Origin: a virus
Taxonomy: Duplodnaviria; Caudoviricetes
Strand: one strand, 5' to 3'
IMG/VR virus record: IMGVR_UViG_3300027754_000035
Length of the DNA stretch: 64,000 nt
The notes under the pieces were generated by a model. The model ran no database searches. It was not told the DNA's origin and saw only the letters and a list, made by a program, of their open reading frames with translations. Below are positions 55,167 to 63,113 of this stretch, piece by piece; position 1 is the first letter of the stretch; every line of letters begins with the position of its first letter. The position numbers were made by a program, and so were the translations under genes.

Positions 55167-55241
55167 TGGTAGTCCATAGGAGAATCGAACTCCTCTCTCC
55201 GCCTTGAAAGGGCAGCGTCCTAACCGATAGACGAATAGACC
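55167..55241 (-). tRNA. tRNA-Glu (TTC)
   Basis: CTGCC-CTTTCAA-GGCGG; CCA encoded. Confidence 0.9.
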
Positions 55242-55248
55242 ATTAAAT

Positions 55249-55326
55249 TGGTGGATCGGGTGGGACTTGAACCCACGACCAATCGGTTAAAAGCCGATTG
55301 CTCTAAACCAACTGAGCTACCGATCC
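55249..55326 (-). tRNA. tRNA-Lys (TTT)
   Basis: GGATCGG/CCGATCC-A-CCA; ATCGG-CTTTTAA-CCGAT. Confidence 0.92.
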
Positions 55327-55338
55327 ATTATAAATTGT

Positions 55339-55449
55339 TCAAAGATCACTATCTTTTTCTTCACTTGACAATCCGCAAAATCTTGCGATCATCCAAGCAA
55401 TGATTAGGTAGATAGTCAAACCTATTGTTATGTACACCACCGTCTTCAT
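55339..55449 (-). CDS. 36-aa single-TM peptide heading the tRNA transcript
   Basis: MKTVVYITIGLTIYLIIAWMIARFCGLSSEEKDSDL; ATG 6 nt after the -10 box. Confidence 0.55.
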   Translation of the reverse strand: MKTVVYITIGLTIYLIIAWMIARFCGLSSEEKDSDL

Positions 55450-55455
55450 ATTTCA

Positions 55456-55483
55456 ACTATACCACAACTTTTCACACTGTCAA
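55456..55483 (-). promoter_or_regulatory. Sigma70-like promoter of the tRNA cluster, 16-nt spacer
   Basis: TTGACA-N16(TGTGG)-TATAGT. Confidence 0.78.
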
Positions 55484-55661
55484 CTGTTCTTTTTTGACGA
55501 CCGCCTTCGATTGTGAGTCGCTGCGATTCCTACATACTTTGATGCTTTAGAGGGGAGCACCCCCCGCCATGCATAAAAGAACAATCACTGACAACACAAT
55601 CATCTTAGCACCACATCTTGAAAAAGCAACTACTTTTTTCTGAACTTGTAAACTATACATA

Positions 55662-55991
55662 TTACGACTGTTCTGAAATGATGCGAGAATCTACAACTTT
55701 TTGGTCAATTAATGCATTGTACCATTTTCTGCCTTCGGGTGTGAAACTGTAATCCCACTCTAAACAATACTTGGTTTGTAATTCTTCTACAAATTGAGTT
55801 GCATAACCTTTGCGTCGTTGATTGGCGTGTATGTGAATGTATTCAATAAATACCACGTCTGTTGTGGGATCAAGCGAATAGTATTTACAGAACCCAACAG
55901 ACTCTCCAGTATTCAAAACACCGTTGCAACAATAATTGTCACGGTCTCTATCGAAATCCATATATACATGCGAAAACAACGTGGTAGCCAT
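55662..55991 (-). CDS. GNAT-like acetyltransferase
   Basis: IEYIHIHANQRRKGYAT. Confidence 0.65.
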   Translation of the reverse strand: MATTLFSHVYMDFDRDRDNYCCNGVLNTGESVGFCKYYSLDPTTDVVFIEYIHIHANQRRKGYATQFVEELQTKYCLEWDYSFTPEGRKWYNALIDQKVVDSRIISEQS

Positions 55992-56003
55992 ACTCAATGT
56001 AGT

Positions 56004-56465
56004 TCATAGGTTTTCTTCAACCATTCGCTTTTGCTTGACCGTGAGCGGCTGCTTTGAATTGGTCAATACCTCGTAAATTTCCTTCCAATCGTTGTGTGGA
56101 TCAAAACCAGCTTTGTCATCCAACAGAAAATTGAAATACAACTTTTTTTTGAAATCACATAGATCATTCGATGGACAACCTGGATTGACATTGAAATGGT
56201 GAAATTTCAATCCAAATCTATTTGTAATGTCCATAATGGCATCATAATAACTGCTGGTCCACAGTGTGATGACATTATCGTTGCTATTGTACAAAAAGTC
56301 AAGAGTTTCCTTTGCATAAGGAAAAATTGTGGCACCCTCATTGAATTTGTTGTATTTGCCAGTGATGATGGTGTCGTGCAAGTCAATGCACCAATACAAC
56401 TTCGTCCAATTACGTTCAATCTTTTGACGGTTAACGTCTGAAATAATTTGAGTCCAAGTTTTCAT
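56004..56465 (-). CDS. HAD-like phosphatase-fold protein
   Basis: CIDLHDTII, LWTS, K..F..LLDDKAGF. Confidence 0.65.
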   Translation of the reverse strand: MKTWTQIISDVNRQKIERNWTKLYWCIDLHDTIITGKYNKFNEGATIFPYAKETLDFLYNSNDNVITLWTSSYYDAIMDITNRFGLKFHHFNVNPGCPSNDLCDFKKKLYFNFLLDDKAGFDPHNDWKEIYEVLTNSKQPLTVKQKRMVEENL

Positions 56466-56573
56466 TCTTGTGTTTCCTTCCACCATTCGGTGTGTTCAAT
56501 ACCTTGTTCAATTCTGCCAAGTTCTATCAATCCGTCAAGGAATTCTTGCATCTCCAAGACGGGTTTAATTTCT

Positions 56574-57038
56574 TCAACCCAATGTAGATTCATATTCTTC
56601 CAGAGTTAATCCCTTTTTGGGCCACTTGTTTTCGGAAATCATACGAATTCGACGTTCGTTGGCAATTTTAATTGCACCTTCTGCTCCTTTATCGGTACAA
56701 ATGAAAAAATTGTAGTAACCTGTGGTAATATATTTACCATCACCGGGAGAATCCAATACAAAGTCGATGTCAGCATATGAGTTTTCATCGGTGGTTCTGC
56801 CAACTTCATCGTTTTCCACTTCATCGGTATTACCGTCAACATCCATTTTTATCGAATAACCACGATAGCCAATTGGTGCAATCAACTCGGTCATGATTTG
56901 CCAAGTAACAACCCTTGCAGCCTCATATTTGGTGGAGATTTGAGCAGCATATTCTGTTGCAAGATCTTTGTCTGCAAATACACCACGAACTCCGTAGTCG
57001 CTGTAATTACCCTGCGTTACTAAATAGATTTCTTTCAT
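56574..57038 (-). CDS. Hypothetical protein
   Basis: IYLVTQGNYSDYGVRGVF motif common in phages. Confidence 0.6.
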   Translation of the reverse strand: MKEIYLVTQGNYSDYGVRGVFADKDLATEYAAQISTKYEAARVVTWQIMTELIAPIGYRGYSIKMDVDGNTDEVENDEVGRTTDENSYADIDFVLDSPGDGKYITTGYYNFFICTDKGAEGAIKIANERRIRMISENKWPKKGLTLEEYESTLG

Positions 57039-57466
57039 AGTGTGTCCAACACGTCACGGGTGCTTACCATCAACGGCAGATTCTTAGCGGCGGGCAACGT
57101 ATACAGTGTCCAAGGAGAATGTTTGTGTGGTTCAGTGTCTATTGGAGTCTCTTTTAACTCGTCGGATAGTTGTAAAACAAACCATTGGGTAACATCACTT
57201 TTACCACCATTATGGTATGACACAATGCTTCTTTTGAATCGGTCCAAGTCCGTGACGTTGATTCCAGTTTCCTCTAACAGTTCACGTTGCATGGCATGTA
57301 CATCACTGGCATCAGTATCCTCAACCATACCGCCAGGACATGCATATTTGCCAGTTTGATATAAACCAAGTCGTTGACTCAACCAAATTTGTTTTTCAAC
57401 AATTGATTGATCAAATCCGTCAATCAATACACACGCTACACCAATTTTAATTTTTGTAGTATTCAT
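57035..57466 (-). CDS. Nudix hydrolase
   Basis: PGGMVE...AMQRELLEETG Nudix box. Confidence 0.85.
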   Translation of the reverse strand: MNTTKIKIGVACVLIDGFDQSIVEKQIWLSQRLGLYQTGKYACPGGMVEDTDASDVHAMQRELLEETGINVTDLDRFKRSIVSYHNGGKSDVTQWFVLQLSDELKETPIDTEPHKHSPWTLYTLPAAKNLPLMVSTRDVLDTL

Positions 57467-57470
57467 ATTA

Positions 57471-57689
57471 TTACTGAGGAAGTGTTTTTTTGTAATTGTA
57501 TTTTATATCTAGATTGATACTACACACAATTAGTCCAAAAGTCAAGAGCGAACTGGTATAGGTATGTCTAGAAGCAAATGCTTCACTATCATAAATGCTT
57601 GTGGGAAAATGCAATCGTATTCCCAAAAACAACCCACCAGCTTTTTTACAATGCCATTTGGGATAAATATCTAGATATTTTGTGGTCAT
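57471..57689 (-). CDS. Small hypothetical protein
   Basis: ORF track. Confidence 0.45.
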   Translation of the reverse strand: MTTKYLDIYPKWHCKKAGGLFLGIRLHFPTSIYDSEAFASRHTYTSSLLTFGLIVCSINLDIKYNYKKTLPQ

Positions 57690-57691
57690 AT

Positions 57692-58243
57692 TTACTTATA
57701 GTTTTGGTTGTAATAGTTTCTGTAAAACGCCATCACGATACCGCTAGTGGTTCCTACATTCAGTGATCGCACACTACCATATGCTTCAATGGTAACAATC
57801 TTCTTGCAGTTGTCAAGAATATACTTGCTCAAACCACACTGTTCTTCGCCAAAAACAAACAAAGGCTTGTTGTTAAGACCATAAAAAACATCGGGTTGAA
57901 ACAAATCAGCGGTCTTGTGACTATATTCTGGAATATTGTTCTCCACAGCAATCAATTCATACCCATTATCATCAATATACTCCATCAACTGCTCTTCTGT
58001 CTTAATATGCATTAAATTGGTGTAATGGTGAGTACCCACACTTCCCCTTCGATCCCAATTTTTACTGCCACCAACATACATCACTTGAGCGAAACCAAAA
58101 AAATTGGCATTGCGTACAAGTGTACTCAAATTGAAATCGCCATTTACATGCAACATAGCAACACCGGCACCAATACAAGTGGTGCTGCAATAATCCTTGA
58201 TTTGTTCAACCGTTTGTGTCTTCAAATGATCCAATACATTCAT
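57692..58243 (-). CDS. SpoU/TrmH-family RNA 2'-O-methyltransferase
   Basis: N..TLVRNA..FG, FVFGEEQCGL, RSLNV SPOUT motifs. Confidence 0.85.
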   Translation of the reverse strand: MNVLDHLKTQTVEQIKDYCSTTCIGAGVAMLHVNGDFNLSTLVRNANFFGFAQVMYVGGSKNWDRRGSVGTHHYTNLMHIKTEEQLMEYIDDNGYELIAVENNIPEYSHKTADLFQPDVFYGLNNKPLFVFGEEQCGLSKYILDNCKKIVTIEAYGSVRSLNVGTTSGIVMAFYRNYYNQNYK

Positions 58244-58249
58244 GATGTA

Positions 58250-58277
58250 ACTGTATCACCATTTTAGAGAAAGTCAA
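58250..58277 (-). promoter_or_regulatory. Sigma70-like promoter, 16-nt spacer
   Basis: TTGACT-N16-TACAGT. Confidence 0.55.
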
Positions 58278-58284
58278 CAAACAA

Positions 58285-58371
58285 TCTAATTGTATGAAAA
58301 TTAACATCTTTTGATTCTAATCCTATGAAAATTAACATACTGAGCAAAATTTTGGTTCTAATCCTATGAAA
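58285..58371. repeat. Three phased intergenic direct repeats, tctaat(cc/tg)tatgaaa(attaacat)
   Basis: Copies at 58285, 58316, 58357; spacing 31 and 41 bp. Confidence 0.85.
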
Positions 58372-58404
58372 TTCTGTTTTTGTATCGTGGCGTTGGACAC
58401 TACG

Positions 58405-58965
58405 TTATGCCGTCAACCATTTCTTTTTTCTTGCTTCGGTTTTCTTGATCAATTTATCGTAGAACACCACAGCTTCGCTTTTGAGTTTGGCAATCCATTT
58501 GTCCTGGGACAGCTTTGTATTGCAAGCCTGCATAAAGTTTTGCATGTTCTTGATCTGGAGTTGACCCACGCCAAGGTTTTGAATCTGTAGGTGGTCCCAA
58601 TTCAATTCGTAGACATTCAATACACTGATGCTGGTAATCTGCTTGGTTTCACTGTTGTAGCCTACAAACACGTAATACAACGGTTTGTCAAGCTTAATCA
58701 AGCGATCAATACTGATCAAATTGGGCATTTTGAACTTTAATGCGGCGTCGCTGGTCTTTACGTCAACATAACAACCATCAACCGTCACGTCTTCAATGCT
58801 TCTGCGACTGCGAGCGGGTTTGACGTTATTGAAATTGGATTTGATGATTTCAACACAGTCAGCCTCAATCTTGTCGGCAATACCACGCTGTTGCAGTCCA
58901 GACGATTCAGGAAATGCTAGATTTGTGGATAGACACCGTTGAATTTTATTTTTGATGTCACTCAC
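58405..58965 (-). CDS. PD-(D/E)XK nuclease, type II restriction endonuclease-like
   Basis: SIEDVTV...VDVKT...MPNLISIDRL...QLQI. Confidence 0.55.
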   Translation of the reverse strand: MSDIKNKIQRCLSTNLAFPESSGLQQRGIADKIEADCVEIIKSNFNNVKPARSRRSIEDVTVDGCYVDVKTSDAALKFKMPNLISIDRLIKLDKPLYYVFVGYNSETKQITSISVLNVYELNWDHLQIQNLGVGQLQIKNMQNFMQACNTKLSQDKWIAKLKSEAVVFYDKLIKKTEARKKKWLTA

Positions 58966-59942
58966 ACAAACAATTCGCTGACACTTTCGTTGTTGTGAAT
59001 ACTGTTGATAGCCTTGGCAAACAAATTGCTAACGTCCAATGACTTGATGTTGGTCGGCTTGTACGCCAATTTCCACCAGTGATTCACCGTGGAACTATGT
59101 ACAAATTCATCAATAGACGCATTTTGCTCAATCACATTGGGTCGGGGCATAGCGTTGGAAAGACGTTCCATGCCAGTGTCAGTGAAACATCCATGCGTCA
59201 CAGCACAAACTACCTTTGTTGCACCGTTCTTCTTACATGCGTCAGCGGCCTGGATGAGGGTGCCACACGATTCTGTTAGGTCATCAATGATAAACACCGT
59301 CTTGCCAGATACATCACCTGAAATGCTTTGCAATTCAACTTTGTCATCACCCACACGTTTCTTTGAAATGAATCCAAAGTCACACTTCAAATAGGAAGCA
59401 TACTTCTCTGCTCGTTTGACTGCACCAACGTCAGGAGCCATGATAATTATGTCTTTTGCGTCAAGTTGAAGAGACTTGATATATTCAATCAACACGGGTT
59501 CAAACGTCAAATGGTCAAACGGAAGGTTGGTGAATCCACCCACCTGAGGACTGTGCAAATCCATCGTCACCACTCGGTCAATGCCACTGGCTTCAAATAG
59601 ATCCAATACGAGCTTGGCACTAATCGGTACCCTGCTTTTGTCTTTACGGTCCTGCCGGGCATAACCAAAATAAGGAACAACAGCGGTGATACGATCAGCA
59701 CTGGCACGACGTGCTGCGTCTGCCATGACCAACAGTTGCATCAGGTTTTCGTTGGCAGGTTGAGTGATTCCCTGAATGAGGAACACGTCGCTACCACGAA
59801 TGTTTTCCTTGAACTGACAGTATGATTCGCCGGAGGGAAAATTGTGATGATAAATCTCGCCCAACTTGGTGAACAGATTGTCTGCAACTCGTTGTGCGAG
59901 AGGAAGATTGCTGGTTCCACTAAAGATTTTTAGGTTGCTCAT
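58962..59942 (-). CDS. prs: Ribose-phosphate pyrophosphokinase
   Basis: ENIRGSDVF, PYFGYARQDRK, TMDLHS, APDVGA, IIDDLTESCGT. Confidence 0.95.
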   Translation of the reverse strand: MSNLKIFSGTSNLPLAQRVADNLFTKLGEIYHHNFPSGESYCQFKENIRGSDVFLIQGITQPANENLMQLLVMADAARRASADRITAVVPYFGYARQDRKDKSRVPISAKLVLDLFEASGIDRVVTMDLHSPQVGGFTNLPFDHLTFEPVLIEYIKSLQLDAKDIIIMAPDVGAVKRAEKYASYLKCDFGFISKKRVGDDKVELQSISGDVSGKTVFIIDDLTESCGTLIQAADACKKNGATKVVCAVTHGCFTDTGMERLSNAMPRPNVIEQNASIDEFVHSSTVNHWWKLAYKPTNIKSLDVSNLFAKAINSIHNNESVSELFV

Positions 59943-59953
59943 ATGTTCAAATA

Positions 59954-60259
59954 CTATGACTCACTACGATTTTTCAATCGCTCGTCGGAGATCGGAACCA
60001 CACCTTTGCCATTGGTGATCCATTGAATCAACTGATAAACACCAAATGCTAACAACATGAGTGGAATCATAACCCACCACAACACAAAGAACATACAGAC
60101 TGCGAACCAAAAAATTACCTTATCAATTGGCAGGTTATTTTTGGTCCAATACGTATCTTTATTATAGGATTTAGCGGTTAGCCAATGGCGTTTGGTGTTG
60201 AATTTGACCAACGTAAGAAAAATGACGGTTGGAACGAGAAAGTATAAAAGAAAGCTCAT
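59954..60259 (-). CDS. Membrane hypothetical protein
   Basis: Two to three hydrophobic segments. Confidence 0.6.
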   Translation of the reverse strand: MSFLLYFLVPTVIFLTLVKFNTKRHWLTAKSYNKDTYWTKNNLPIDKVIFWFAVCMFFVLWWVMIPLMLLAFGVYQLIQWITNGKGVVPISDERLKNRSES

Positions 60260-60289
60260 AGTGTTATTCTAATCGGTTTTGTTAAAATG

Positions 60290-60538
60290 TCAATCTTTTT
60301 TTGAATTGTCTTTGTGGGCGGAACTCTTGAAAATAAATCCACACAGCACGTTGAGACCCCATGCGTGTAGAAAATCAATTTCCTTGAGACCAAACTGGTA
60401 TGGAACCACATAGTTCCACAACCACATGACTGGCAGTGCAAGCAACGCACTGATTCCAATAATCAACATCGCAATACCAATCAGTGTGCCAATCAGAGTT
60501 ATAATAATTTTCGCCACGTCCAGAATAATTTTCATCAT
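60290..60538 (-). CDS. Membrane hypothetical protein
   Basis: LPVMWLWNYVVP.QFGL.EIDF..AWGL motif. Confidence 0.65.
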   Translation of the reverse strand: MMKIILDVAKIIITLIGTLIGIAMLIIGISALLALPVMWLWNYVVPYQFGLKEIDFLHAWGLNVLCGFIFKSSAHKDNSKKD

Positions 60539-60621
60539 ATATTTACAACAGTTTTAGGTTTTTTGCCTTTCCTCATGTTGAGGTCTTTACGAATTACGAT
60601 AATTTGTTTGGCTTTGTTCAT
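60535..60621 (-). pseudogene. Truncated peptidyl-tRNA hydrolase 2 (Pth2) remnant, 28 codons
   Basis: MNKAKQIIVIRKDLNMRKGK is the Pth2 N-terminal signature; the frame then stops. Confidence 0.65.
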
Positions 60622-60713
60622 GACTCAATCTCTGTTATATAGATTAATAATGTATATTGTTGCTATATATAGCCAATATTATAAACATTGCCATTTCAAT
60701 TACTTCTTTGGTA

Positions 60714-61064
60714 TTATTGTCCATATGTTTCCCGCCAGTGTTTGTTTGGAACGCCTCGTTTATCTGCTACAAATTGTGCAACACCATCATACTTTCGTTG
60801 TTTATACAATTCATACAAAATTGGCAATTCACCGTAGGTTACAGATTCAGCATCTGAACAGGGTACTAAATAATCATTTATATTTATACACAACCCCAAA
60901 CATTCTTTACCATCGTGTTTGCTAACTTCCGAGGTTACGCCCAATATGCATTCATCCAGTAGATATGCTGCCATGTTCTCATGATCAGCAACTATTTTGC
61001 CATTGATATTGTACCAATATGTACGTTCAATTGTCGTCGTTTCTGTAACATCGTTGTTTATCAT
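60714..61064 (-). CDS. Hypothetical protein
   Basis: ORF track. Confidence 0.55.
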   Translation of the reverse strand: MINNDVTETTTIERTYWYNINGKIVADHENMAAYLLDECILGVTSEVSKHDGKECLGLCININDYLVPCSDAESVTYGELPILYELYKQRKYDGVAQFVADKRGVPNKHWRETYGQ

Positions 61065-61074
61065 AATTTAATTA

Positions 61075-61302
61075 TTGATTAAAAAACCAACTAAAAGTCT
61101 GCTTGATGATAACCATATTGACTTCATGGTAAATCAACCATTTTACCCATGTGATAGGAGCAAAGAAATAATCCACGATGCTCCAGAAGAGGCTGTTATG
61201 AATGGTATAACCAATCATTGCGGTTGCGAGTGTGAAAAGAAAATAAATGATTCGTCCAAGTGTGTTCATAACTCCGAGTGTCTTCATATTTTTACCAATT
61301 AA
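61075..61302 (-). CDS. Membrane hypothetical protein
   Basis: Two hydrophobic segments. Confidence 0.6.
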
Positions 61303-61549
61303 TATACAATTTATCCCAACTATCATTGTCTCGTTGATCATATCCAGTATCACGTCTAACAACATATCCGTCATTTTTGAGTTGGACCATAACAGACTCA
61401 ACAAGATTTTCTGCTGGGCACTTAACATTTACTCCATTAATTCCTCTCTTTGCTGCTTGTTCAATAGTTTTGTATAGATTTTTGAGATATGTAATTTTTT
61501 CCGAAGAAAAAGCAGTGTCAGTAAGTTTACGTGCGTCAGATGCTTTCAT
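61292..61549 (-). CDS. Hypothetical protein
   Basis: After TTGACT-N16-TACTAT (61556-61583). Confidence 0.6.
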   Translation of the reverse strand: MKASDARKLTDTAFSSEKITYLKNLYKTIEQAAKRGINGVNVKCPAENLVESVMVQLKNDGYVVRRDTGYDQRDNDSWDKLYINW

Positions 61550-61627
61550 AGATTTATAGTACCCTAGTTTTTCAGAAAGTCAAGAGCGGTTTTTTGAAAA
61601 GGATTACCGCAAACCAGTTTGTGTAAC

Positions 61628-63025
61628 TTACAGAGCAGCATTCGTGCGAATGGTGGCAAAATCAATTTCCTTGACCAACACACCATTCGTAAACACAACC
61701 TTCAAATAATCCTCGCCGGGATCATTCTCACCAACAGTGACGAACTTGCCATCAACCTTGGTCAACTTGAGCTTGCCCTTCTTGGATGCCTTGCTCTGAT
61801 CCTTGGGATTCTTGAAAATATCGTACCACTGTCCATTACGATACTGTGCCGAACTCTTGAAAGCACACCGCTGAGTATCACGATTCACCTTCTGCAACAA
61901 CCCGCCACCCATACCGAAACAAGCAATATTCTCAGTGGCAAATTTAGCCTTGGTAACAGCAAACAAAATCTTCTTGATACCATCCAAGTCAATTCCATCA
62001 CCCCACAACACTCGCACAGCCGGATTGATCAACTTATATCCCTTGCTGTTCACGGTGCCACCATAGTTGTCCCAAAGTGACTTCATAATCCAAACCATTT
62101 CCTCCTCTGGAGTCTGATGGGTAGGAGTGATACTGTCAGGACGTACAACGAATGGACCACCCTTGCGATTCAAAATACGATCCTTGAACACCTTACCAAC
62201 AATGTTGTCCACAAAGTTGTAGATGTCGTAACTGTCAGCCACACACGATAGAATACCAGTAGGATATTCATTCAACAAACTCTCAACAACCTGCTGTTCG
62301 CCGTCCACGCCAAGAGCCGTCATAACACTGTGTTCAGTAGCAGCCACACTGTATGCCAAACCATCAAGATTAGCATTGTAGTAGTTCATCGCCACTTCCA
62401 TAGCAACCACAGTGTCAGTTCCAAGGAAGTTAATCAAATGAGCAGCACCACCAATACCAGCCGTCTCATAAGAGCTTGCGCCCCTGAAACCAAAATCGTG
62501 GAGTCCGAAGTTGAGAAGTCCACCGTCACTTGTCAACTCAAGATATTCCTTGATATTCACCTTCACTTCACGGGAAAGTGCCGCCACCGTCAGTGGATAC
62601 CAAACCTGAGATAGTAGACTCTCAAGAAAATTAGTAAGCCAGAAACACTTACTGTCCGTGTTTTCAACAGTCATCAACACATTGTTGATAGGAACAACCG
62701 TACCCTCCTCAACAGCCTTGATAACAATGGGAAGCCTGCCTTCCAAACTATTGAGAATATACTCCCAACCTTCACGGTTGAAATACTTCTCGTCACCAAA
62801 ATGAGCCTTGCACAACTTGGCAGCGTTCTCAATCTTTTCACGGGTCACAACCACACCAATTAGATGGTTCTTAATAATATACTGAAGTCCAAAGAACGGA
62901 GTTTCAGCAAACTTGGAACCCTTGCGACACTCAAAATAACTATATACAATTTCGGTGTTCTTGGGATACTGATTCCAGTGATTCAACTTGTAACTATCGG
63001 TCGTCAAACAAATGTTCTTATTCAT
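61628..63025 (-). CDS. nadV: Nicotinamide phosphoribosyltransferase (NAMPT)
   Basis: TDSYK..H..QYP, SYFECR, LHDFGFRG, AATEHS, VADSYD, RPDS, GDG, GGGLLQ..NRDT, SKKG. Confidence 0.93.
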   Translation of the reverse strand: MNKNICLTTDSYKLNHWNQYPKNTEIVYSYFECRKGSKFAETPFFGLQYIIKNHLIGVVVTREKIENAAKLCKAHFGDEKYFNREGWEYILNSLEGRLPIVIKAVEEGTVVPINNVLMTVENTDSKCFWLTNFLESLLSQVWYPLTVAALSREVKVNIKEYLELTSDGGLLNFGLHDFGFRGASSYETAGIGGAAHLINFLGTDTVVAMEVAMNYYNANLDGLAYSVAATEHSVMTALGVDGEQQVVESLLNEYPTGILSCVADSYDIYNFVDNIVGKVFKDRILNRKGGPFVVRPDSITPTHQTPEEEMVWIMKSLWDNYGGTVNSKGYKLINPAVRVLWGDGIDLDGIKKILFAVTKAKFATENIACFGMGGGLLQKVNRDTQRCAFKSSAQYRNGQWYDIFKNPKDQSKASKKGKLKLTKVDGKFVTVGENDPGEDYLKVVFTNGVLVKEIDFATIRTNAAL

Positions 63026-63084
63026 AATCTTTTTCTTTCTGTTGTAATGATTTTTATCTGTACCTTAATCTTTACCACTTTTCT

Positions 63085-63113
63085 AGTTTACCTCAACTTT
63101 TACACAAAGTCAA
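63085..63113 (-). promoter_or_regulatory. Sigma70-like promoter for nadV, 17-nt spacer
   Basis: TTGACT-N17-TAAACT. Confidence 0.55.

Noticed and set aside
55547-55603. 18-aa hydrophobic Ibs-like toxin peptide MIVLSVIVLLCMAGGAPL (minus strand)
   Set aside because: Its ATG lies inside the -10 box of the local promoter; no RBS or antisense RNA evident, so unsupported
60256-60459. Alternative minus-strand ORF overlapping 60290..60538
   Set aside because: The other frame carries a recognisable phage membrane-protein motif and couples to neighbours
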